A DNA stretch of 64,000 bases, from assembly GCA_964106645.2 (NCBI GenBank), contig OZ067050.1; one strand, 5' to 3'. This document shows positions 24,401 through 35,800 of the stretch, piece after piece (within the stretch, counting starts at the first letter, position 1; each line of letters starts with the position of its first letter). A program made the translations under genes and the position numbers. Source of the stretch: Podarcis pityusensis. Taxonomy: Eukaryota. Under the pieces are notes generated by a model that was not told the origin of the DNA, ran no database searches, and worked only from the letters and a program-made list of their open reading frames with translations.

Positions 24401-27400
24401 ATAGTTGGGGACAAATTTGTGTGATTTGAAGAGCAGGTCCAGAGTGGTACGGTAGGTCATCCTTCGATTGGAATAGCTGTCATGGATGTGGAATCCTAGA
24501 GTGACATTTGTCAAGATGCTGGGATTCCTGTTGATCTCATAGACGCTGTATGCCAAGGCTAGGATGTGCTGGTAGAACTTGGTCAACAAACTGCCAATAA
24601 AGATAAATCAGTGGATTTCTTATTCATTGATTAATTTCAACAGTTTATATACAACATAAATGTGTATTTTCTAAGCCATGAACAATGAGATTATAAAAGT
24701 TATATGAAAGGGATCAAATCAGTTAACACTACAAAAAAAAGGAAAGAAAGTAACCCCAAACACCTGTTGTTGAAAGAACAAGAACACTAGAAGTTCAAAA
24801 GGGAAGTTGCCAATCTAATATTAGCTGGAGGGCTTCCCCAGAATTGGGCCCACAACAGGGCTCCAGGTAGCTACGAGCCATGTGTCCAAGCCACCACCAA
24901 TAGTGACTTTGCTCTCCTCTCTCAAATAATATTGGAACCTGGAAACCAAGACTGAAGTTTGGAGCAAATACTCTTTGGTGAGAGAACTCATGCAGATATT
25001 TTAGATCACAAAACATGCAGCGAAAAAGAAAAGTAAAGAAAGCATTGGAATATGGGCTTCAAAACCTTTAAAATGTGCCCTTCCTGAAAGGTCCCCTTTT
25101 AGACACCTTTTCCAAGTTAAAGGGCGTGGAGATAGACCATTTGTTTGGTCAGTTATAACGGTTTTTCTTACAAAACTCTTCAAAGTTCAGATTCATGCAA
25201 TTTTTATACAGCAGTCATAAAAGAAGCAGAAGCAGTTAAAAACATTGCTTAGTTATAAAAGGTAAAGGTTTCTAAATTATCAGTACAAAAAAGTACTGTT
25301 GGTTTTAAAGGAGGATTTCCTTTTAAAATACAACAACAGTAATAACTGTATGTTTATGAATCTTGAAAGACTCTTTCTATTTACAGTGATAAGACTGTAA
25401 CTCTTAAGTTCCCCACCCCCTCTCAATTCTTCATGTTTTGTGTTTCTACGGTTGTGATGGAAACAGCAGGTAAGTGGCACAGCATCTACCTTGCATGCAG
25501 AAACTCCCAAGATCAGTCCTTATTTTTTTATTCAGGTAGGTCTTCCAAAAGCTCCTGCCTGAAGCCCAGTCAGTATAGACGATAGATGGTCCAATGGTCT
25601 CAGCATCCTATGCCCATTTTGAATTGTGGCACACACATCCAGCCCACCATCTGCACCAACATCAGTGCGCTGCGTAAATCATACATGGTTACATGAAAAC
25701 TTGGTGTACTTTATTTTTAAAAATGATGGTGATGATGAAAGGGTGAGTTCCAACCAAGTTGTACTCAGAGTGATTTATCCAGTGTTTGTCCTACTCAGAC
25801 TTGACCCATTGAAACAACTACACCAAAGATGCCTGAGAAAGCTTAGCAGTCATAGGGTAACAAAAGAAGTTCTTTTGTGGACCAGGAATTGATTAAGATA
25901 CAGGAAGCAGAGTGTAAGATTGAGCCAACAGTTCTGATGGGTGTGGGGAGGATGTAGAAAGTGGAGTCCTCTAAGGATCAGTATTGGGACCTGTGCTTTC
26001 AAACTAGTTCACAAATGACCTGGAGTTAGGGGTGAGCAGTGAAGCAGTTAAGTTTGCCAAGGATATTAGATTGCTCAGGGTGGATGAAAAGTAGATAAAG
26101 TCCCTACCAGAGAGTAATGGCAAATCAAGCTGTTGGAGTACGCCGGAATGGCAAAACGGACTGGAAAACTCAGGAACCAAGAAGACAAAAATTTCAATAA
26201 AGAATGGGAAAAATTTGTAATTTATTTAAGAGACCACTGTAAGCAGATCGAAACATTAGCAGGATTTTAATAACACTTGTAATGTGGCAATTATCATGGA
26301 CAATATGGAGAGATATAAAACATGGATTATGGAATAGTATGCAGTTGAAAAGGTTGAAAGAAGGAGCCATGGAAGGGGTGGTGGGAAGTCTGGAGATTCA
26401 GAGAAATCTCTATATATGGATATGTATTTGGTATTGTTATAATTCTATACTTGTAAAATCAAATGAAAATTATTCCCCCCCACCAAAAAAAAAAAATTGC
26501 TCAGGCTGGCCAAAACAAAAAGGGATTGGGGAATTTTAATGTCACATATACACTCATGGTGTCTGACCAAGAATGAGATTTTAAGGGATTGAAAATACAG
26601 CTGCTGCCATCACAATGCCTTTATACAAATTTACAGTGCCACCATAATTAAAGCACTGTGTACAGTTCTGGTCACCTCACCAGAAAAATAACACTTTAGA
26701 GTTGTGAGAAAATCAGAATCAGGCAGCCAGAATAATCAAGGGGATGAAGCAATTCCCCCATGAGGAAAGGTTGCACCATTTGACGTTTTTAATTTGCAGA
26801 AAAGGAGAGTAAAAAGTACATAAAATTATTCATGGTGCTCAGAAAGTGGATAGAGAGAACTCACTAAACATTAAAACTCAGGGGCATCCATAAATCTTGG
26901 AATGAAGTACTTCTGGGACCAATTCGGATGGTCCGCCCCCGCCACTTAATGGATCCAAATGGTTTCCAGAGAGTGGTAGGGGATGCTTTAGCCCATGTTG
27001 ATGGCCTTTCAGCTGATTCCCTGGTGGCCCGCTGGAATGCGGAGTTAACCAGGGCTATCGACTGTCTGGCTCCGAAGCGCCCTCTCCGATTGCATGGAGC
27101 CCGGACAGCCCCGTGGTTTTCTTCGGAGCTGAGGGTGATGAAACAATCGCTGAGACGGCTAGAGCGTCGGTGGCAGAAAACTCACTCCGAATCTGACCGG
27201 ACACAGGTTAGAGCTCAACGTCGAGCCTACCAAGTGGCGATAGCGACGGCGAAGAAGACTTTCTTCACTGCCTCTATTGCATCTGCAGAAAATAGTAGCA
27301 GGAGACTCTTTCAGGTGGTTCGCAATTTAACGGAACCACCTTTACCACCGGGGCATTGTAAAGACCCCAAGATCTCCTGCAACGATTTTGCAAAGTTTTT

Positions 27401-29157
27401 TGCAGATAAAATCACTCATATTCGGAAGGAGCTAGACACCACCGTGGGAGCAGGGCCAGGGCGGGAGAGTGCTAGAGCTCTGTCTGGTCAAGTTGCATGG
27501 AATCAATTTCAATCCGTTACCCCCGAGGATGTGGACAGGCTGCTTGGACGCGTGAAAGCAACCACCTGTCTCCTTGATCCTTGCCCATCCTGGCTAATAA
27601 AAGCAAGCCGGGAAGGGCTGGGCGATGGGCTTTGCGGGGTGGTGAATGCTTCCCTCTGTGAGGGAACATTCCCAGATCCGCTGAAAGAGGCGGTCATTAA
27701 GCCGCTTCTTAAAAAACCATCTTTAGACCCGGCCAGTATGGCCAACTATCGCCCAGTCTCAAATTTTCATTCTTGGGCAAGGTGATTGAGCGCGTGGTTG
27801 CTGAACAACTCCAGGCACGCCTGGAGGATGCGGACCATTTGGATCCCTTCCAATCGGGATTCAGGCCTCACCATGGGACTGAAACTGCCTTGGTCGCGCT
27901 GGTTGATGATCTCCGGCGAGCTAGGGACAAAGGTGAGAGTTGTTTCCTGGTTCTGCTGGATCTCTCAACGGCCTTTGATACAATCGACCATAACATCCTT
28001 CTGGACCGTCTAGAGGGGCTGGGAGCTGGGGGCAGTGTTATACAGTGGTTTCGCCCCTTCCTCCTGGGCCGTGTTCAGAAAGTGGTGGTGGGGGATGAGT
28101 GTTCAGACCCCTGGGCCCTCACTTGTGGGGTGCCTCAGGGTTCCGTCCTCTCCCCCATGCTTTTTAACATCTATATGAAGCCGCTGGGAGAGATCATCAG
28201 GGGATTTGGACTGGGTGTCCATCAATATGCAGATGATACCCAGCTCTACCTCTCTTTCAAATCAGAACCAGTGAAGGCGGTGAAGGTCCTGTGTGAGTGC
28301 CTGGAGGCGGTTGGAGGATGGATGGCGGCTAATGGATTGAAGTTGAATCCTGACAAGACAGAAGTATTATTTTTGGGGGACAGGGGGCGGGCTGGTGTGG
28401 AGGACTCCCTGGTCCTGAATAGGGTAACTGTGCCCCTGAAGGACCAGGTGCGCAGCCTGGGAGTCATTTTGGACTCACAGCTGTCCATGGAGGCGCAGGT
28501 CAATTCTGTATCCAGGGCAGCTGTCTACCAACTCCACCTGGTACGCAGGCTGAGACCCTACCTGCCGCGGACTGTCTCGCCAGAGTGGTGCATGCTCTAG
28601 TTATCTCCCGCTTGGACTACTGCAATGCGCTCTACGTGGGGCTACCTTTGAAGGTGACCCGGAAACTACAACTAATCCAGAATGCGGCAGCTAGACTGGT
28701 GACTGGGGGCGGCCGCCGAGACCACATAACACCGGTCTTGAAAGACCTACATTGGCTCCCAGTACGTTTCCGAGCACAATTCAAAGTGTTGGTGTTGACC
28801 TTTAAAGCCCTAAACGGCCTCGGCCCAGTATACCTGAAGGAGCGTCTCCACCCCCATCGTTCTGCCTGGACGCTGAGGTCCAGCGCCGAGGGCCTTCTGG
28901 CGGTTCCCTCATTGCGAGAAGCAAAGCTACAGGGAACCAGGCAGAGGGCCTTCTCGGTAGTGGTGCCCGCCCTGTGGAACGCCCTCCCATCAGATGTCAA
29001 AGCGATAAATAACTACCTGACATTTAGAAGGCATCTTAAGGCAGCCCTGTTCAGGGAAGCTTTTAATCTGTGATATTTTACTGTATTTTTTGTTTCTATG
29101 GAAGCCGCCCAGAGTGGCTGGGGAAACCCAGCCAGATGGGTGGGGTACAAATAATAA

Positions 29158-29200
<43 letters not shown>

Positions 29201-29957
29201 TGGACACAGCACTATGGCATTCAATACCCAAAAGAGTGGTGATCACAAGCAATGCAGTTTGCTTTAAATAAGGATTAGACAAATTCATAGAGGAGAAGGA
29301 TATCAGTGGGTTCTAGACATGATGGTTGTGTTCTAGTTCTATTGTTAGTATTGTTTCTGAATACCTGGAAACTGCAGGATGGGGGAATGATGTTGCACTC
29401 AGGTCCTGCTTGCAAGATTGCAATAGGCATTTGGTTGGTCACTGTGAGAACTGAACACTGGACAATATGGGCCATTGGCCTGATCAAGTAGACTCTTCTT
29501 ATGCTCTCAATGGGGCCGAATACCTTAAGTTCATTAATAACCCACTATTTTACCCATTGAAATAAATTGATTTAACTTACTTTAGTCAATTCCTTTCAAT
29601 TCCTAGTATGACCAACATTGGACATTGTCCTAAATCTCTTATTGCCCTCCCCAACACCCCAACCCAATCCAAGCTTTGCAAAGTAGAAGCAGCTGTCATT
29701 ATGGGGGAAATGGATATTAGATATCTGGTCAAAGAAAATCCACACCAAAAATCAAACAGCTTCTGAGATGGGTGTTCCCGGAATAATAGTACGTCAGAAG
29801 TGTAAATGATCTGGGAAGTCATTCCACCGATGATGAGGCCATCTGGCTGGTACCACTCATGTGGAATAGGGAAGGGATCGTTTCCAGGGCACTTCAGAGC
29901 TGTTATTTTCTGTGCCCTTCTTGGCAAAAGAAGGAGAACCACCATTAGCCGCAACAT
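18983..29957 (-). CDS. V2R gene C, vomeronasal type-2 receptor, complete, ~875 aa
   Basis: Exons 29957-29746, 24590-24299, 23277-22414, 21886-21656, 20608-20482, 19884-18983. Sum 2628 nt in frame, same motifs as gene B. The exon-1 donor (TG|GTGTGG) is weak but in phase. Confidence 0.9.
20808..21001. mobile_element. Mariner-like MITE fragment
   Basis: TA-ccatattttcccatgtataacacgccc start and ..acgg-TA end; right TIR mostly lost. Confidence 0.45.
21283..21435 (+). mobile_element. L2 3'UTR fragment + (TTA)n
   Basis: ccgcccagagtggctggggaaactcagtcagatgggcggggtataaat matches 29105-29150. Confidence 0.8.
22020..22260. mobile_element. Tc1/mariner (Tigger/pogo-like) MITE
   Basis: TIRs cagtggtacctcgggtta / taaccagaggtaccactg flanked by TA; internal taacctgaag repeats. 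Confidence 0.88.
23495..23590. repeat. Hairpin (palindromic) dispersed repeat
   Basis: cagagtagacccattaaa...tttagtgggtctactctg inverted repeat; decayed relatives near 3455-3545, 14945-14985, 25765-25815, 29545-29630 and 41110-41230. Confidence 0.6.
26084..26495 (+). mobile_element. L1 3' fragment with poly(A), nested in CR1
   Basis: Similar to the L1 3' ends at ~7950-8260 and ~60240-60370 (aataaagaatgggaaaaattt). A-run at 26485-26496. 14-bp TSD attgctcagg(g/c)tgg at 26070-26083 and 26496-26509. Confidence 0.8.
26917..29197 (+). mobile_element. L2-clade LINE, 5'-truncated ORF2 (RT to C-terminus) + 3'UTR + (TTA)n tail; young copy
   Basis: Three overlapping ORFs (26928-27785, 27773-28600, 28585-29073) with [70 protein letters not shown]. 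Two 1-bp frameshifts near 27766 and 28566, CpG-rich, (TTA)n at 29158-29199, ttctgg repeated at both ends (26911-26916, 29198-29203). Confidence 0.92.
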
Positions 29958-30129
29958 CCTAGCAGCAAGGCTTCTCTTCAACTGCAGGCTGTACCTTCTC
30001 AAAGGCAAAAACTTGACGTATAAAGGCTAAGCAGACTCTGCATATTCAGCTCCTAAAAGGATACTCTGCAGCCTTGCTTTCAGAATCCAGAAAGCTGCAA
30101 ATTAATGCCTTGTCAGTGATGAAATGTCA

Positions 30130-30305
30130 GTGATGAAACTGACAGAGCCCTGTCAGCCTCTTGATCTTACTCCCAGCTTCCAATGGTGCAGAGTTTTATT
30201 TAACTTGTTTCTCATTTCTGTGCCTTCCAGAAAGCCCTGGAGGTTTGTCCAGATGAATAATGGGATAATTGCTGGGGGTGATAATGATTGTCTGTAGGAC
30301 TGAAG
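30130..30305 (-). promoter_or_regulatory. Conserved upstream cassette of gene C
   Basis: gacagagccctgtcagcctctt..tactcccagcttcc and gccctggaggtttgtccagatg..gataattgctgggggtgataat. Confidence 0.55.
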
Positions 30306-31322
30306 CTCTCTGTATAACTCTTTGCACCATAATATGTTGCTCCCACCCACACTGTATCACAAGCCTGTTCTTCTCATTAGAAGCTTTCAGGCTGAGCACA
30401 TATCAACAACAAAGTGAAGCCCCAAGGGAAGGGTGGCTAACCTTAGGCCATCTAGGTATCACTAGACTACAACGCCTATCATCCTTTACTGACCATTGGC
30501 CATGCTGGCTGAGGCTGATAGGCGGCATTTAGAGGGCTGCAGGCTCATCTCACCTGTTAGAAGATGAAGCCATCAGCTTCATATGCTGTGCAAAAGAGTG
30601 TTAATTTTGACAAGAAAGTGAAACTAGCAAGTGACGCCATATTTTTCCTCACCACAGTACCTGCATAGTGAACTGCTCAAGCGGATTGTGTGACAATATG
30701 ATCCCAGAGAAGAACAGAAGAGTAGAACTTTTCATGGTGGCAAACTAAGCAGCAAGGGGTGGTAGTGGTGGTGGTGATGATGGTGCCTGCAGGAACATGC
30801 AGGAGAGATGAAGCATTGTAACTCCCCCACCCGTGCCCTTCTCCATAAGGTCCATGCAGGGTGGGATGTGGTTGGCTCTTTATGGTGGAAACTCAGGCTA
30901 CGCCAGAGAGGAACACCTTTCTGACAGAGATCTCCTCTTCACCAGATGGCCTGGAGACCTACTGCTGCCAATTATGATGCAGCAGAAGCAGCACAGTGAT
31001 TAGGAATGTGGCCAGAAGTGGCAGTCAGCCAGCTTGCAGTTATTCAGGGTGATTACTGGAGAGCTGTGTGACCTGCCCTGCCCGTTCTTCTGTGATTTGC
31101 CTGGGTCACATTTTGGCCATGGGCTGGGTAAGTGAGAAAAAGCAAACCAGAAGTGAAGGCAGGCAGGCAGGTGATTAGGGAGGCAGAGAACTGTCCCCTT
31201 GTTGCTGCCACTGCTAGCTGGAAGAGAGGGACAAAGGGAAAATAGGCCCTGTTCTGCTATGGCTGCTGCCCAAAGAGAATCACCCAGCAGCAACCTTCTA
31301 TAGCAGTCAGATTTAAAGGGAG

Positions 31323-31883
31323 CAGAGGCATAGGAAGGTCAGGTGGTACCTGGTGTGGAAAATGTCTTGTTACCCCCCCCCCATTGATTCCCCCCCCCCC
31401 TGCAAAAATGGTTTTATGTTATTTCATATTTTCTTACAAATGAATGTGGATTCTGGGCCTCTGATAACAAGGAGGCGACTGTGGACAGATACTTAAATCT
31501 ACAGGATGGACTGTGTTTTGGCTTGTGTTATTTTATTTATATTTATTGTTTATTTATTTAATAAAATTTATTTTTAAAAACCTGCAAAGTGAACCTTTTT
31601 TTGAAAATGCCTGCTCCACTGAACTGAAATTTCAGCCTTCATGACATAGGAAAACGGCCAATCAAACAGCTATTTTCATGGAGGAGGCTCAAGATATTAA
31701 CTGATATGCATGAAATTTCATATACAGCTATATAATCCCTAGTGTAGTAAAATAAGACCTTTGGAGCAGGCATTTTTTAAAAAAAGTTTTTTATGAACCG
31801 CCCTAGTAGGGCAGTAATTGTTCCTTGATAATTTGTCACCCCCTCCATGATGGCAGACCCCCCCCCCCTTTCCTACGCCCCTG
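31323..31883. mobile_element. Non-autonomous hAT element
   Basis: TIRs cagaggcataggaagg / ctttcctacgcccctg; perfect 8-bp TSD aaagggag (31315-31322, 31884-31891). Confidence 0.8.
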
Positions 31884-32279
31884 AAAGGGAGGGGCAGAAT
31901 GGTTTGCTTGCAGAGGATTTAGAAGTATCTAGCATACAGCCTAATATACAGGATCTAGATATCACTAGGCTAGTTTAATTAACTTTTGACACTTACTGAT
32001 TCTAGAGATCGAGCACTGTCAAGCCACATGGTCTGGCTTAATACACATGTGTCTGGCAATTTCCAGTTTTAACACTCTAAGTCTTAATGAAAATTCTAAC
32101 ACCTAGAAACTCATAACACTAATAATATTAATAACCACTCCACTTCGTAAGAACAGCATACAGAAGTCCCAGTTTCAGGTTGGGCTTCTTGCTTTTCATT
32201 GAAGAGTGGAGCAGGGAAAAAGGTGGAGGAAGCAAAAAGTCTAGGAAATCCAGTGCCCTTAGTAACCTTTCTTAACACT

Positions 32280-32590
32280 AAAATCCAGCTCTGAGGGCCT
32301 TCTGGCAATTCGCTCATTGTAAGGTTACAGGGAATCAGGCAGAGGGCCTTCCTGGTAGTTGCACCCACCTTGTGGAATGCTCTCCTCTCACATGCCAAGG
32401 AAACAAACAACTATCTGAATTTTAGAAGACATCTGAAGACAGCCCTTTATAGTGAGGATTTTAATGTTTGATGTTTTAGTGTGGTTTTATAATTTGCTGG
32501 AAGCTGCCCAGAGTGACTGGGGCAAAACAGTCAGATGGGCGGCATATAAATAAATAGTAGTAGTAGTAATAGTAGTAGTAGTAGTAGTAG
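32280..32590 (+). mobile_element. L2 3' fragment + (TAG)n tail
   Basis: Matches 28880-29150 (gagggccttctggc..ttagaagacatctgaag..cccagagtg). Confidence 0.8.
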
Positions 32591-32802
32591 TCATATCATT
32601 TAAATTCAAATAGCACATCACAGGACTCCTATATGTTGCCAGTTAGGTAAGAGTGCCTGTTGGTAATGTGGGCTGCTGGGAATTGAAAAGCAACAGAAGA
32701 AACCTGAGGAGATACAGGTAGAAATATCTCTAAACTTTGTGGTTGTCTTTGCTGCTAAAGCATTTACCTATATATTAAATAAATTGAAAACAAATGGATT
32801 CT

Positions 32803-35800
32803 TTAATTATTTCTCCGTATTAGTTGTTCTCTGTTGTTCAGTTCAGGCCTGAGTACAATGATGTAGCATTTAGGAGAAAAGATGCAACCAAGTAACCCAG
32901 CACTGGAGGCCAAGATGGAGAAGATCTCCACAGCAACCATATTTTTTCCTTTTGTGCTCAGGTAGGTTGGCATGAAGGACACCCACACACTGCAAAATGC
33001 CAACATGCTGAAGGTGATGAATTTGGCTTCATTAAAACTATCTGGTAACTTGCGGGCTGTGAATGCCATAATGAAGCTGACAATGGCCAAGAAGCCCATA
33101 TAGCCCAGGACACAATAAAACATGGCAACTGACCCTTCATTACATTGCACAATGATTTCTCCAGGTACCGACTGCATGTCTAAATCAGGGAATGGGGGAG
33201 AGGTTTCCAACCACACAAGACAAATACTTGCTTGAATAAGCAAGCATGAAAGGACAACCCATTGGGCCAGTGGTTTGCCCAAGCACTTCATCAATCTAGA
33301 TCCAGGCTTTGTGGCTACAAAAGCAAGAACTACGGTGATGGTTTTGGCCAAAACACAAGAAATTGCCATGGAGAAATTAATGCCAAATGTAGGTTGACGG
33401 AGAAGGCAGGTTACCTTCCCAGGTTGTCCAAGGAACAGCAAAGAAGAGAGGAAGCAGAGCAGGAGGGAGATGAGGAGAGTGTAGGTGAGGTCTCGGTTGT
33501 TGGCTTTGACTATGGGGGTATCTTTGTGCTTAATAAAAGTTCCTAGCACCCAAGTGGTGGTTAGGGAAAAAGCTATGGCAACTGAGACAAAACTGATCCC
33601 CAAGGGTTCTTCATAAGATAGGAAGTTTCTAGATTTGGCGATGCAGCCATCTCTGTCATTATTTGGATACTGATCTTCTGGGCATTTGAAGCAGTCATCC
33701 ATATCTGAAAATTAGAAAAAGGTTCAATTTCAGTTTCAATTCATGTGTAATTTAAGGGAAAGTGTTACCTTTTCTTGAAAACTTAAGTTTCTGCAACTAT
33801 TCATATGAAAATGAATTTCAGTAGTCTCTCAATCAAACTTACTGTCATAATCATTGGGTTCTGTGTAGATTGTTGTTGTTTTTAAATTAGACTGTGCACT
33901 ATAATAACCTTTCATGACTTCCTAATGACAACATTTGAAGGCTTAGTCTATGAGAAGAGGAGAAATTTAAAGGTGAATTAAAGGAGAATGTAATGATATA
34001 TTCTGTTGGTATGGATTTACAAGATGTCTCAAGCAACTGGTGCTTCATACGCAGGAGAGAAAAGGGCATTTCACAGCTTTGGGGCAATGGCAGAAAATGC
34101 CCATTCTCCAGTCACCACTCCATGGTATTCTATAGGTTGGGTGTCCTGCCATGAGTACAATTTCATGACAGTATTATTGTTTGGACAAGTGGTTACATGC
34201 ACACTGGGACAAATTATCACTTATAATAAGGATAAGGATAAGGATAAGGATAAGGATAAGGATAAGGATAAGGATAAGGATAAGGATAATCTTATTTATA
34301 CCCTGCCCATCTGGCTGGGTTTCCCCAGCCATTCTGGTTGGCTTATAGCATATATTAAAACATAATAAAACTTCCTAATACAGGGTTGCCTGTAAGGTAA
34401 AGGGACCCCTGACCCTTAGGTCCAGTCACGGATGACTCTGGGGTTGTGGCGCTCATCTCGCTTTACTGGCCGAGGGAGCTTCCGGGTCATGTGGTCAGCA
34501 TGACTAAGCCTTTAGATGTCTTCTAAAAGTTGTATAGTTCTTTATCTCCTTGACATCTGAAAGGAGAGTGTTCCACAGGGAGGACACCACTACCGAGCTG
34601 TAGTGATAGGGCTGAGTGATAGGGTGGAGATGCTCCTTCAGGTATACTGGGCCGAGTCCCAATGGTCATTGGATATGAAATCTGCATTAAGGTTTTGGGT
34701 TGGGGAAATGGTTTCTACATCACCTACCATTCTGTTCCGAAATCTTCCCTTTGGGGCATGGAACACATTCATAGCAACAAAATTTCCCACCTTCCTTCCT
34801 TTTCCTCTGATGGCCGGGATGGCAGTGCTCATTACACAAAGAAACAGGCCGCACCTATCCATAAACAGGAAGGGAAATTGGGGCAGAAGAGAGATGTACA
34901 AGCTCTCACTCACTCTGTCATTTATCTATCCTTTGATTCACACCAGAGTAGCTGAGAAAGATGGATGCTGAAATGTTTTCCTATTAATTTTTTTGCTTTT
35001 AAAAATTAATCTATGTTTCTGTCAGTCACTGTAATAGATAGAGATAAATATGTAGATCCCTACAGAAAACGTACAGCTGCTAACGCATGGCTCAAGAAAC
35101 TGATATCTCAAGTAATTACCATATTCTATAGAAGCAGAAAGTACCAAAATATGTTCCTTGGGGAAATCTTACATGGATTCTTCCTGAGCATTACTATATT
35201 TAAGTATTCTTAAAAGGGTACAAAAAACTTTGCTTTCAAAGTAGGAGTGGAAATATTTAGCATTTGAACTAATATTATAGATCTGGATAAGCCACTACAA
35301 CCTCAGATTAGGCATTCACCTGAATGATCCATGTAGATAAGGTTTTTTTTTTTTTTCCAGATCAGAGATGCACCTTTAACCAATTATGGATCTTGGTACC
35401 CATTTCTTAATGTTCTTAATATTTACCAAATTTTTGTATGGTGGTAGTGCTGCTGTTGTGACCCACAGTGACTCAATGGTGGACCTGACCCACCAGTAAA
35501 AGTCCAAAGATCTAGATAAGAGAGCAGCTCCCAAGAACATGCACATACCCCCACCTGGTTAAAGCTGGTGTGCCACACAATTATATCTTCATTAAGAAAG
35601 AATCCATTTTCTCCAAGAGCATTGGAATCCTCCACTCTTCCAACTTTAACTCTCTGGAAGGATGTGTTTGGGAATGTGATCATATTCATTATGTCAAATC
35701 CACCTCTCACTCCTTTGTTCCCATTAAAGGAAACAGTTTCTCCAGCTGAATTGTTGAATGATGTACTTTGAAGAAATAGATGGAGCTAATTGAAAGAGGA

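Larger units (their letters stand above)
25830..29505 (+). mobile_element. Old CR1 LINE remnant (RT region to 3'UTR), split by later L1 and L2 insertions
   Basis: Degenerate CR1 RT motifs (agtggagtcctctaaggatcagtattgggacc ~ [11 protein letters not shown]; aagtttgccaaggat ~ KFADD; tgtgtacagttctggtcacct ~ CVQFWSP). The 3' end resumes at ~29204 (ggattagacaaattcat..) and resembles 14520-14930. Confidence 0.7.

Noticed and set aside
34226-34289. Regular (GATAAG)n array, the DKDKDK ORF, and the taacctgaag repeats at 22020/42260 as CRISPR-like arrays
   Set aside because: No unique spacers or cas genes; these are a LINE tail microsatellite and MITE internal repeats in vertebrate DNA.
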